Of a DNA stretch of 64,000 nucleotides, positions 1 through 15,521 are shown piece after piece. Made by a program: the position numbers and the translations under genes. The stretch spans positions 9,632 to 73,631 of the forward strand of contig CAYVXZ010000005.1 of NCBI GenBank assembly GCA_964455625.1. Direction: 5' to 3'. Position 1 is the stretch's first letter. Each line of letters opens with the position of its first letter. Below the pieces are notes generated by a model that made no database searches, was not told the origin of the DNA, and worked only from the letters and a program-made list of their open reading frames with translations. This DNA comes from an uncultured Planctomycetales bacterium. GTDB lineage: Bacteria > Planctomycetota > SBBH01.

Positions 1-1629
<1,629 letters not shown>

Positions 1630-1687
1630 GTGCACCTCCTTGTCGTAATCACCGGACCAGTATACACCACGCCCAAAGCCTTTGTTT

Positions 1688-3184
1688 TCAAGACTTGGGT
1701 CTCCTGTCGAGGATCCGCTGCTCCTTCAGGCGGTCCTCCATCCCGAGGCGCTTCGTCAGTTCCGGGAGGGTCGTCACCTCGATCCGGTTCGGGGCCACCT
1801 CGCAGTGCGCCTGGAACCGCGCCTGCAGGTCCTGGACCCAGTCGGCCGATCGGCCGGGCGCCTCGCGGAGCGCCACCGCGAGGACCATCTCGTCCAGCTC
1901 GAACGGGTCATCGTTCGCCTTCTGGATGACGATCTGCCATTCCTCGATCCGCGTCTCTCCCATCAGGAAATCGGAGATCTGGTTGAAGTCGACGAGCGTC
2001 CCCCGGATCTTCGAGAAGTTGAATTCATTCACGTTGGAAACGCGCCGCAGGTCCGACGAGACCCTCGGCATCGTCCGCCCGCACCCGGGGCACGGCGCCC
2101 AGGTGATTCCCCCCTGTGCGAGGTCGCCGGTCCGGTAGCGGACGACGCACGAGCCCCGCCACCCCAGGGAGGTGTAGACGACCTCGCCGGTCTCGCCCTC
2201 CGGGACCGGCTCACCGGTCTTGGGGTCCACGATCTCGACGAGGCTCATGTCCGGATACAGGTGGAAGCCGGCCGCCGCCCCCCCGCCGGGGCACTCGGGC
2301 CAGGCGGTCCGCGCCTCCGTCATCCCGTAGACGGAGATCACCTTGGGGTCTTTCGCACCGCGCTCCGAAAGAAGCGCCCTGATCCGGTCGCGGATCGGCT
2401 GCGTCGCCTTGTCCCCCCCCAGCACCACGAGGCGGACGGTCGAGAGGTCCACCCCTTGCGCCACCGCCTCCCGGAGCAGGTGATAGACGTATCCGGGGAC
2501 TCCCGCGAGGAACGTCGGCTTCACGCGCCCGATCGCCGCAAGACACCCGGCCGTCCCCATCACCTTGCCGCCACCGGTGTGAAGGAGGAGGACCCCCGCC
2601 GCGATGCCGGCGTAGTAGACCTGCCAGAACCCCAAGTGTGGAGCGAACGGGAAGAGGTTCAGCCCCCGATCGGCGGCGGCGGTGAGGTCCGCCACCTGGA
2701 AGATCCGGTTCCCCGCCTCCTTGACGATCTCGAGGTCATAGAGCGTGTAGAAAAACGGCGTCGGCGCGGCGCTCCGCCCCGTCGTGAACGTCATGAACGC
2801 CGGACGGTACTCGTGTCCCAAGAACTTCTGGACCTCGTCCTTTCCCTGGAGGAGCTTCCGGAGTCCGATCCCGACCAGGCGATCGAGCGGCGCCGACCGC
2901 CGGATCGACGCCTCGTCGGGGGCGAGCACCAGCTGGACCGGCCGACCGGCGTCCTCCTTCGTCGCGATCACCTGGTCTTTCGTCGTGAAAGGGAGCCTGC
3001 GGAGGTCGTCGACCGTGCGGATCTTCCGGAGGTCGACCTTATGCTCGGCAAGAAGCTTCTTATAGAACGGCGAATATGCCCCGACCTCCTCCCGCAGCCA
3101 GCGGGAGAGGACCTCCCCCTGCCACCTTTCAGCCTCTTCTTTTGTCAGTCGGTCCCAGCGGTCGCAGAGGACGGGTCGGCGCAT
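1688..3184 (-). CDS. phenylacetate-CoA ligase family adenylate-forming enzyme (CapK / coenzyme F390 synthetase-like)
   Basis: 498-aa ORF with FTTGRSAAPTPFFYTLYDLEIVKEAGNRIF and VYGMTEA AMP-binding motifs typical of the PaaK/CapK family. Confidence 0.7.
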   Translation of the reverse strand: MRRPVLCDRWDRLTKEEAERWQGEVLSRWLREEVGAYSPFYKKLLAEHKVDLRKIRTVDDLRRLPFTTKDQVIATKEDAGRPVQLVLAPDEASIRRSAPLDRLVGIGLRKLLQGKDEVQKFLGHEYRPAFMTFTTGRSAAPTPFFYTLYDLEIVKEAGNRIFQVADLTAAADRGLNLFPFAPHLGFWQVYYAGIAAGVLLLHTGGGKVMGTAGCLAAIGRVKPTFLAGVPGYVYHLLREAVAQGVDLSTVRLVVLGGDKATQPIRDRIRALLSERGAKDPKVISVYGMTEARTAWPECPGGGAAAGFHLYPDMSLVEIVDPKTGEPVPEGETGEVVYTSLGWRGSCVVRYRTGDLAQGGITWAPCPGCGRTMPRVSSDLRRVSNVNEFNFSKIRGTLVDFNQISDFLMGETRIEEWQIVIQKANDDPFELDEMVLAVALREAPGRSADWVQDLQARFQAHCEVAPNRIEVTTLPELTKRLGMEDRLKEQRILDRRPKS

Positions 3185-3338
3185 GCGGAGGCATCCTAGC
3201 AGAAGCGTCTGGGGGGAGACAGAAGCCAGGAGTCAGAAGAACAACGAATCTGAAAAATCGGCTTCCTCAGCGCATCAGGGATCCCCGCATCTTTCCTGCT
3301 GTCCTCCTGGCTCCTGACTCCTGTATTCTGACTCCTCC

Positions 3339-4331
3339 ATGAAGGTTCTCTTCCTGATCCAGGGGTTCGAGGTCCCGTCGAGCCGCTACCGGGTCCTGCA
3401 GTACCTGCCGGCCCTGAAAGCGGCCGGGATCGACGCCACGATCACGCCGTTCCCGGACACCTTGGCCGAGGAGCAGCGGATCTACGGGGGGGCCGGAGAG
3501 TACGACGTCGTCTTCATCCACCGGAAGCGCCTCTCGAAATACTGGATCCGGACGCTCCGGAAGGCCGCGAAGAAGATCGTCTACGACTTCGATGATGCCG
3601 TGATGTTCCGCGACACGCTGTCCGTCGGCGACCAGGAGTCGGTCCGTCGGCGCCGGCGGTTCGAGCGGACCTGCCGGATGGCCGATCTCGTGATCGCGGG
3701 GAACGCCTATCTGGCCGATTTCGCGAAGCCGCACAACGCGAATACCGTCATCTTGCCGACCGTGATCGATCTCGCCCGGTACGCCCCCCGGCGCTGGGGC
3801 GCGCAACCCGGGAAAGTCACGCTTGGCTGGATCGGCGATACGGGAAGCCTCGCCTACCTCGAATCGCAGAAGCCGCTCTTCGAGGCGATCGGGAAGGCGG
3901 TCCCGAACCTGCAGTTCAAGGTGATCTCGAGCCGCTTCCCGAAGTACGAGAACCTTCCCGTGATTCCCGCCCGATGGAGCGCCGAGACCGAGGTCGCGGA
4001 GCTCCAGTCGCTCGACATCGGCGTGATGCCGGTCCCCGACGATCCGTGGTCCAAAGGAAAGTGCGGCTTAAAACTCCTCCAGTACATGGCGGCGGGGGTC
4101 CCGGCGATCTCGTCCCCTGTCGGGGCGAATCTCGAGATCCTGGAAAGCGGCGTCCACGGCTTCCACGCCGCAACGGAGGCCGAGTGGATCAACGCGGTCC
4201 GGAAACTTGCCGGCGACGTCAAACTCCGCGAAAAACTGGGAAAGGCTGCCTTCGAGCGGGTCCGGAAGGCCTACTCCCTTGAGGTCGCGGCGCCCCGGTT
4301 CGTGGCGCTCGTCTCGCGCCCATCGGAATAG
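3339..4331 (+). CDS. glycosyltransferase, GT4/Glycos_transf_1 family
   Basis: 330-aa ORF; C-terminal GLKLLQYMAAGVPAISSPVGANLEIL matches the group-1 glycosyltransferase nucleotide-sugar binding region. Confidence 0.7.
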   Translation: MKVLFLIQGFEVPSSRYRVLQYLPALKAAGIDATITPFPDTLAEEQRIYGGAGEYDVVFIHRKRLSKYWIRTLRKAAKKIVYDFDDAVMFRDTLSVGDQESVRRRRRFERTCRMADLVIAGNAYLADFAKPHNANTVILPTVIDLARYAPRRWGAQPGKVTLGWIGDTGSLAYLESQKPLFEAIGKAVPNLQFKVISSRFPKYENLPVIPARWSAETEVAELQSLDIGVMPVPDDPWSKGKCGLKLLQYMAAGVPAISSPVGANLEILESGVHGFHAATEAEWINAVRKLAGDVKLREKLGKAAFERVRKAYSLEVAAPRFVALVSRPSE

Positions 4332-4341
4332 CGGGGCCATC

Positions 4342-7300
4342 GTGCACTCCGGCCGCCATTCGGGGCAGGGTTTCGCCCTCATCCTCGCGAGCGGCCTCCT
4401 GATGCTGATCCTCTTGAGCGCCTCGTCGCTTCTCGCGGTCGCCAGACAGGCGCTCACCCGCTCCGGGCACGCGACGGACCGGACACAGGCGGCCTTGACC
4501 GCGGCGAGCGGCATGGCATACGCCAGTATCCGCCTTCAGCAGGACCCCTATCCGAAGTATCTCGACACGCCGACCACACGCCCCGACACCTGGCATGCCC
4601 GCGAGCCGTTCAATACCCCCCTGGACCGGATGCTCAACGTTTCGTACGCCAGGGGGGAGCCCTGGAAGGACACGATCATTCTCGCCTCGGACGGCCACGA
4701 CAACGACGGGGACGGACTGAAGGACGAACCGGGGGAGGGGAACGGCCTCTTCACTCCCGGCGAGCGATATCAGGACCTGGACGGCGACGGACGCTACACC
4801 TCCTGGAGCGGGAGGTTGCGCGCCGGCGCCAGGACATCCGGCAATCGCTTCTCCCTGTCGATCGGGTCCCAGGACGGGAAGATCCCCGTCAATGGGGGTT
4901 ACCTGGACGATCTGGATCGCCAGCCCTACCCTTTCATCTTCGGCGGGAGCTGGGGCGTCCCCGATCACCGGGACCCCGCGGCCAGCCCCTATCACAAGGG
5001 GCTGGTCCATGTTCTCAACAACCTGGGCGCCGTAACCCGACCGGGCGGTGCCGGCACGCGGCGCCGGGATTACCGGTCGGGAATCCCCCTTGGGAGCGGC
5101 CACACCTTCGAGTTTTCATGGCTCGGCGAGGATCTCATCGCGGGCCGGCCGCCGGGAGGATATCGCTCGCTCGCGCAGATCCGGCAAACGCTTGCAGGCC
5201 TCGGGTATGCCCCGGCAGAGTGCGACCTGTTCCTTCCTTTCCTGGATGTCGGCCCCTACACCGGACCGATCGAGAGCGGCCGCGTTTCATACCGGAGTTC
5301 CGCCCCTTGGCCTTTCCCCGGCGCGGAAGGGGGCAATCCGGACGACTTCCCCTTTTCCCCTCCGATCGTCCTGTCGACCGCCCCGCGGGAGGTCTTGGCC
5401 TCCCTTTGGCGGTACCTGGCGAGTTCGCAGGACCTGCCCCCCGTCGCCAGCTCGCCGGCGGTGCCCCTGCAGCGCGTCTACGGCGAACCGGCCGGCGACA
5501 TGGCCACGGCCTCGAGATCCGGCGGCACCCCGATCCGGTTCCGCGCGGACGACTATTACGCCTACCACTTCATGATCTTCCCGGACGAATCGGAACTCCT
5601 GGCCGATACGGCCGCCTCGCTCCGCACCGGAGGTTCCGTATCATGGCAGGAGCTTTACAGCGCCATCCTCCAGAAGATCCCGACCCTGTTCTCTGTCGAT
5701 TACAACAATCTTGGAGGGGCCTCTTCTCTCTGCCCGGTCTACCAGCGCGCCTGGTTGCATGCGAAGGCGGATCTCGCCTTCCGGGCCCTGGCCCTGGACG
5801 CCCCCCCGATGGCCGGCCATTTTCACGGCATCGCGACCTGGGCTGGCTGGGGGCTCGACCGCGACCCCTCGACCAGCCCAGTCGAACAAGGGTCCGGCGT
5901 CGGCCTCGACTGGATCTACCAGGGGCCGATCCCCGCCAGCGAGACGTCCCCGCTGCCAAGCCGACCCTACGATGACGAGTACTGGTCCCTCACCAGCAGG
6001 CGCATCAAGCCGCAGGGAATCACGACCGCGCCCCCCTTGAGATTCCAGATCGAGTGCGCCGGGTCCGCAGGGCGGTCCAGGTACCGTGCGAACGGAAGTT
6101 TTCGGGCGGCCGATCCCCTCTATTTCGCCAGCCAGGAGGATTTCGAGATCCTGCGGCAAAACGTCTTCCTGGACCGGATCGGCGGCATCTCGACAGTCCT
6201 GGACGATCCGCCTCCTCCGGACCGCCGCGTCCGGATGTCGGACGGTGGACGGATCTACCCGCACCTGATCTCCCTCCCGAGAACGAACAGGCGCTCCACG
6301 TTCGCTCCCGGATCGGCGCCGTTTTTTCCGGCGGAGGGATACTCGCGCCTCTACGGCGCATTGACCCTCGCGCCCCGGGAAATCGGCCGGCGCGGCGCCC
6401 AACTGTACTGGACCTTTCCGGAGGATTTCGACGGCGTGCAGGACGCCCCGGGCACGGACGATTGGCACGAAGCGGACCCTGCCTATTCCCATCCCCCCTC
6501 CGACCCCATGGAGATTTACGAGAACGCGACCGATTTCTGGCCGGAGTTCCACCAGTACCGGAATCCCTCCCACACGGACGGAATGTTAAGCACTCTCCAC
6601 CCCTTTCAATGTCCGGGAATGAACGCCCCTTCCGGCACTCCCCTTCTGGCCTTCTCGGCCGATTTCTGGATCAACCTGTCCTACCCCTATCATGACAATC
6701 GCGCTGTTTTCCTGGTCTACAACGCGCAAAGGATAAGCGAGGGACACTGGAATCAGCATTTCATCAAGCTTTACGTCTCACGAGGCGATCCGTCCCAACC
6801 CGGAAAGCGCCCGTATGACGCCACGTTCCGGTTGAGCGTGGACGCCAAGGATCTCATGGGAATCCCCCGCGCCACGGCATCGCCCGCCTGGTTGATCCGG
6901 TCCCCCGGTCCAGCGTCCCCGCATACGCCCGGAATCTTCCACGTCGCCGTGACGGTCGCGAAGGATCCCCTGCTGGATGAAATGACCTACCGTCTCTACG
7001 TCAACGGCAGCAAATTCGCGGCTGACGGGTCCGAGATGAAACACCCGCACCTGCACCTGATCGCCGTCAAGGACGGTGAAAGCATGACTCTTTCCTACGG
7101 CGACGAGCTTCGCCTCTTCGAGACGGCCCTTCCCTCCGGGGAACCGGGCAGCATCTATTCAGCAGGCCGGTTCGTCCCCAGCGGCGCCTACAAATCCCCG
7201 CTGTATGTCTTTCACGAACCGGCCTCCTTCGGAAAGAGCCAATGGCTGGGGCTCATCCCCCCCGGCTTCGTCGACGTCTCGGGACAGCCTGTCGATCCAT

Positions 7301-7554
7301 TCCGCATCCTCGTCGAGGCGTACGGCACCGCGCCGGGCGACCTCGCCCATCCGAACCTGATCTGGCAAAGGACACTCGGGCCGTCCGGCACGGTCGACGA
7401 TCTGCCCCCGAACCCCGTCAAGTCGTTTCGCTACACGATCGAAATCGACTGCAACGACGTCGTCGGCGTCCTGGATGACTCGCCGGTTTTCGAATCGATC
7501 TGGTTCACGCTGCGGCGCCGCGGGCGGGCGCCTGTCTGGTCGGAGTGGGAATAG
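4342..7554 (+). CDS. giant (~1070 aa) pseudopilin-like protein, paralog 1 (GspK/PilX-like N-terminus, DxDxDG loops, LamG-like C-terminus)
   Basis: Start taken as the in-frame GTG at 4342, which has a GGGG RBS-like run upstream and yields VHSGRHSGQGFALILASGLLMLILLSASSLLAV (prepilin/PilX_N-like hydrophobic helix). Shares NPS[FY]ARGEPW, DGDGRYTxWSGRLR, PVNGG, GRPxGGYRS and 'LSTAPREVLASLW' (LNxAP, HhH/SAM-like) motifs with the proteins at 36890 and 40254. The C-terminus FHVAVTVAK...YRLYVNGSKF resembles a LamG/ConA-like domain. Confidence 0.6.
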   Translation: MHSGRHSGQGFALILASGLLMLILLSASSLLAVARQALTRSGHATDRTQAALTAASGMAYASIRLQQDPYPKYLDTPTTRPDTWHAREPFNTPLDRMLNVSYARGEPWKDTIILASDGHDNDGDGLKDEPGEGNGLFTPGERYQDLDGDGRYTSWSGRLRAGARTSGNRFSLSIGSQDGKIPVNGGYLDDLDRQPYPFIFGGSWGVPDHRDPAASPYHKGLVHVLNNLGAVTRPGGAGTRRRDYRSGIPLGSGHTFEFSWLGEDLIAGRPPGGYRSLAQIRQTLAGLGYAPAECDLFLPFLDVGPYTGPIESGRVSYRSSAPWPFPGAEGGNPDDFPFSPPIVLSTAPREVLASLWRYLASSQDLPPVASSPAVPLQRVYGEPAGDMATASRSGGTPIRFRADDYYAYHFMIFPDESELLADTAASLRTGGSVSWQELYSAILQKIPTLFSVDYNNLGGASSLCPVYQRAWLHAKADLAFRALALDAPPMAGHFHGIATWAGWGLDRDPSTSPVEQGSGVGLDWIYQGPIPASETSPLPSRPYDDEYWSLTSRRIKPQGITTAPPLRFQIECAGSAGRSRYRANGSFRAADPLYFASQEDFEILRQNVFLDRIGGISTVLDDPPPPDRRVRMSDGGRIYPHLISLPRTNRRSTFAPGSAPFFPAEGYSRLYGALTLAPREIGRRGAQLYWTFPEDFDGVQDAPGTDDWHEADPAYSHPPSDPMEIYENATDFWPEFHQYRNPSHTDGMLSTLHPFQCPGMNAPSGTPLLAFSADFWINLSYPYHDNRAVFLVYNAQRISEGHWNQHFIKLYVSRGDPSQPGKRPYDATFRLSVDAKDLMGIPRATASPAWLIRSPGPASPHTPGIFHVAVTVAKDPLLDEMTYRLYVNGSKFAADGSEMKHPHLHLIAVKDGESMTLSYGDELRLFETALPSGEPGSIYSAGRFVPSGAYKSPLYVFHEPASFGKSQWLGLIPPGFVDVSGQPVDPFRILVEAYGTAPGDLAHPNLIWQRTLGPSGTVDDLPPNPVKSFRYTIEIDCNDVVGVLDDSPVFESIWFTLRRRGRAPVWSEWE

Positions 7555-7564
7555 CGCTTTCAGG

Positions 7565-8212
7565 TCACGCTCCGCGAAGGCGTTTTACGGCCTCGGCGGG
7601 GTCCCTCGCGCGGAAGACCGCGGTGCCGGCCACGATGACATTGGCCCCGGCCTCGATCGCCTGACCGACGTTATCGACCGTGATCCCCCCGTCGATCTCG
7701 ACATCGAACCCGGGGCGCGCCCACTGGCGCACCTGGCGGACCTTCGCGAGAACCTCCGGGATGAATTTCTGGCCCGCGAACCCCGGAAAGACGCTCATGA
7801 CGAGGACAAGATCCGCGACGTCGAGCCAGGGCCTCACCCGTTCGGCGGGCGTGTCGGGATTGATCGTGAGGCCGGCCTTCGCCCCCAGGGCATGGATGCG
7901 GTCGATCAGGGGGCGCGTCTTCGCCCCCGAGACCGCCTCGACGTGGAACGAGACCGACTGCGCCCCCGCCTTCACGAACGGCTCCGCGTACGCCTCCGGG
8001 TCCGTCACCATCAGGTGCGCGTCGAAATAGAGCTTCGAGACGGGGCGAAGTGCCGCGACGACGCTCGGGCCGATCGTCAGGTTCGGGACGAAGTGGCCGT
8101 CCATCACGTCAAGATGGAGCCACTCGGCCCCGGCCCGCTCGACGACGCCGATCTCCTCCTTCAGCTTCGCGAAATCGGCGGAAAGAAGCGACGGCGCGAC
8201 GGTGACGGCCAT
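7565..8212 (-). CDS. rpe: ribulose-phosphate 3-epimerase
   Basis: MAVTVAPSLLSADFAKLKEEI...HLDVMDGHFVPNLTIGP...DGGI is a strong Rpe match; start ATG at 8212-8210. Confidence 0.9.
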   Translation of the reverse strand: MAVTVAPSLLSADFAKLKEEIGVVERAGAEWLHLDVMDGHFVPNLTIGPSVVAALRPVSKLYFDAHLMVTDPEAYAEPFVKAGAQSVSFHVEAVSGAKTRPLIDRIHALGAKAGLTINPDTPAERVRPWLDVADLVLVMSVFPGFAGQKFIPEVLAKVRQVRQWARPGFDVEIDGGITVDNVGQAIEAGANVIVAGTAVFRARDPAEAVKRLRGA

Positions 8213-8213
8213 G

Positions 8214-9415
8214 TCAGGCGGAGGCCCCCAGATTTCCCGAGAGGGCATCCAGACCCGGCAGGGTCCCCTGCGCCATGTACTCGAGCGACGCCCCGCCGCC
8301 GGTGGAGACATGCGCCATCCGCGCGGCAAGCCCCATCTCCTCGACCGCGGAGGCGCTGTCCCCGCCCCCCACCACGACCTTCGTCCGCGGGCCCGCCCCT
8401 GCCAGGATCTCCGCGAGCTTCCGCGTTCCGCTGGCGAACGCCGGGACCTCGAAGACGCCGACCGGTCCGTTCCAGAGGACGGAACGGGCCTTCGCGATCT
8501 CGGCCGCATACGCCGCGACGGTCTTCGGCCCCACGTCCACCCCCATCCGGTCGGCCGAGATCCCCGGCCCTTCGGTGACGGTCGCCGCATCCGGCTTGAA
8601 CTCGGTCACGGTGACGTGATCGAGCGGAAGCACCACCATCGCGCCGCGTGCCTGCGCGCGCGCGAGGATCTTCCCCGCGGTCGCCACCATGTCGTGTTCG
8701 AAGCGGGACTTCCCGATCGGGATCTTCCGCGCGGCAAGGAAGGTATAGGCCATCGCGCCGCCGATCAGGACCGCATCCACCCGGTCGACCAAAGACTCCA
8801 GGATCTCGATCTTGTCCGACACCTTCGCCCCGCCCAGGATCGCGGCGAACGGCCGCTCGGGGTCCTTGACGAGCTTTCCCAGGTGCGTGACCTCGGCCGC
8901 CACGAGAAGCCCCGCCGCCGACGGCAGGAAGCGCGTCACGGCGGCGATCGAGGCATGCTCCCGATGGCTCGCCCCGAAGGCGTCGTTCACATAGCAGTCG
9001 GCGAGCGCGGCGAGCCCCTTCGCGAAGGCGGTCTCGTTCTCTTCTTCCTCCATGTGGAATCGGAGGTTCTCGAGCAGGATGACGCCCCCCGGCTTCAAGC
9101 TCCGGGCCGCCGCCTCGGCCGCGGGGCCGACGCAGTCGGGGACGAGCGGAACGGGCTGTTTCAGGATCTCGGAGAGCCGCTTCGCGACGATCGCCAGGCT
9201 GTACTTGGGGTCGTTCCCTTTCCCTCCCTTGGGGGGACGCCCGAAATGGCTCGCGAGGACGCACGACCCCCCGCGCGCCAGGATCTCCCGGATCGTCGGG
9301 ACCGTCCGCACGATCCGGCTGTCGCTCGTGATCTTCCCGTCCACCACCGGCACGTTGAAATCGCACCGGACGAGGACGCGCTTTCCGCGGACGTCGAGGT
9401 CGCGCAGGAGCTTCA

Positions 9416-9416
<1 letters not shown>
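8214..9416 (-). CDS. pgk: phosphoglycerate kinase
   Basis: MKLLRDLDVRGKRVLVRCDFNVPV...ILLENLRFH...GGGAS are classic Pgk motifs. Start ATG at 9416-9414 overlaps the gap stop (ATGA). Confidence 0.9.
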
Positions 9417-13076
<3,660 letters not shown>

Positions 13077-13080
<4 letters not shown>

Positions 13081-15521
13081 TGGACAGGCTCCGCGTCCGG
13101 CGCGACCAGGCGCCGGAAGAACCGGATGTTCTGCATCACGACCCCTTCCTCCCCCTCGAAATTCTTGGACGTCAGGAAGTGCGAGTCGCCGATCACGACC
13201 AGGCGCCCGGAGCCGACCTTCTGCTCCGCGACGACCGGATATCCCGCGATCATCGCCAGGGTCTGTCCGCCGCGCACCGGCCAGGCCTCCCAGAAATGGG
13301 GCCTTTGCGCCGCCTCCAGCGCTTCCCCGGTCACCGTCGCGTAGTCGCGCCCCAGGGGAACGTCGCCGATCCCCATCCCGAAGCGCGCCAGGAACGGCTC
13401 GGCCGCGGCCCGCTCCTCCCAGCCGACCGCAAGGATGTAGGTCCCCCCCTTGTGGAGGAACGACTGGACCGACTGCGCCTCGCGCTCGCCGTACGGGCGT
13501 GTCGGCGCGACGGAGACGATCACGTCCGCCTCGGCCACCTGCGCCGGGTCGAAATCATCCATCCCGACCGTGAAGTACCCCTCGCGCATCAGGTTCAGGG
13601 AGACGCCCATGATCCCGTCGGGCCGCCACCCTTCCATCGCGTGAAAGCCGAGCCGCGAGTCGTCGACCAGCGCCACCTTCCCGGAAAAGGGCGGGACCTT
13701 CCGGTCAGCGGCGGCGCCTCGGGCGAGATTTCCTGCCAGGAGAAGGACGGTCGCGGCGAGCGGGACGGCGGACGGCCTGCCTCGCGCCGCCAGAAGCGCC
13801 AGGACGCCGCACGCCGCCAGGAGCACCACACCCAGGCGGTCGCGCCAGTACGGCACCGCCGCGCGGCCGGAACCCGCCAGCCACCGGAAGACGCGCGTCA
13901 CGAACGGATGGGAATGGATCAGGATCCCGTTCACGAAGCCGGAGGTGTCCCCGGCGACGATCACGCGTCCCTTTCCCGCGTTCTCGGCGGCGACGAGCGG
14001 GAGGTCCCCCAGCGGCTCTCCCGGCTCGAAATCGAGCGTCCCCAGGTATCCCCGCTCGCTGTTGGCGAGAACCCCCGGGTCCGAATAACCGTACCGCCCG
14101 ATCACGATCGGCGCGGCCGGGTAGCGCACCTCGAGAGACGCCCCGACGACAGATCCGGCCTCGTTGGCGGCGTCGCCGAGGGAGGCGGTCGTCGCGTGGG
14201 GAAAGTACTGGTAGGAATGGAGCCAGCCGCCGACGAAGAAATCGGCCGAGTCGAACGCGATCCGCGTGCGCGCGCCGACCGCCTCCAGGGGCTCGTTCAC
14301 CAGCACCTTGCCGTGCTTCCAGCAGGTGTGGTCCCCCAGGACCAGGAGGCCTCCCCCCGCATGGACGAATTCCCGGATCGCCGCGAGCGCCGGGGCCTCA
14401 AACAGCTCGTCCTGGTTGATGATCACGAGAATGTCGGCACCGGCGAGCCGGTCCGGCGTGATCTCGGGAGCGAGCGCCCCCTCCCATCCGATCGCCGCGA
14501 CCAGCTTCGGAAGGTTCCCGAACATCCCGGAGCTGTAGCTCCCGTAGTTCCCGTGCTCGGGGACCATCCAGTTCAGGAACCCCTTCTCGTAGAAGACGAC
14601 GCGGCACCGCTCGGCCTTCGGCGGGACCGGCCGGTTCGCCAGTGCCCAGACGCCCAGGAGCCCGGCCGCAAGGGAAGCCAGGAGCAGTTTCTTCCGGCCC
14701 CCCGGCTCGCTGTCCGGATCCCGGGCGCCCGCGCGGGAGAAGCGCCAGGCAAAGAACGCGGCGACCGCCCCGACCAGGGGCGGGAAAAGGACAGGCAGGC
14801 GGACCGGCCAGAGCGCGGCGAAAAAGCGCGCGGCCCCTTCGCCCCACGCGGCCCGCCCGGCCGGCGCGGGAAGGAGCGCCGGGCAGTCGGCCCAGAAGGC
14901 GAGCCATGCGAGGAAGGCCGCCGCGACCGCGGCAAGCCCCCCCGCCAGCGCCGGCCGGCTCCGGGAAGCCGAGCGCCACCAGGCGCCGAGAACGACCGCG
15001 AGGGCGAGAACCGCCACGTGGATCCCGCTGAACGAGGGGCCCAGGTCCGGGCGCGTGAGCCACAGGGAAAGTCCCTGCACCTCGTACCAGGTGAGGAGGC
15101 TCGTCCCGGCGGCGTACTCGAAGAGGCCGAAGAGAAGGCTCGCCGCCGCGAGACCCGACATGGGACTCTCCGTCCGCCCCCGCGCCGACGCGGCGGCGGA
15201 AAGCCCGGTAAAGGAAAGCGCGATCCCGAAAAAGCGGACCGCCGGATGCGCGGGAAGGAAGGCGAGGCCGGCAAGCGCCAGGACCCATCCGGCGAGCGCC
15301 CGGACGCGGCCGCCGGACCGGACCGGGGCGGCCCCGAGACCGTCCAGGACGGCCGAGAGGAGGATCCCCAGCGCCGCGGCCGCCGCGTTGAACGGATGCG
15401 CGAACAGGCCGCACGCCTCGGCCGCGAACGACATTCCGAGAAACGCGGCCAGGACGGTCCAGAACGCCACGGAGCTAACGAGGGGTCTGCGGGGTGGTCT
15501 CTTCGGCCGGGGCCGGAGCAT
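13077..15521 (-). CDS. polytopic membrane protein with GldG/DUF4350-like domains, paralog B (start uncertain; possibly about 15433)
   Basis: 814-aa ORF; ADILVIINQDELFEAPALAAIREFVHAGGGLLVLGDHTCW is parallel to paralog A. Overlaps the upstream paralog by GTGA. The N-terminus overlaps the TPR gene end, so the true start is probably the internal Met (MSFAAEAC). Confidence 0.5.

Noticed and set aside
3267-3806. 179-aa minus-strand ORF opposite the glycosyltransferase
   Set aside because: Overlaps a well-supported + strand GT gene; compositionally biased; no motifs.
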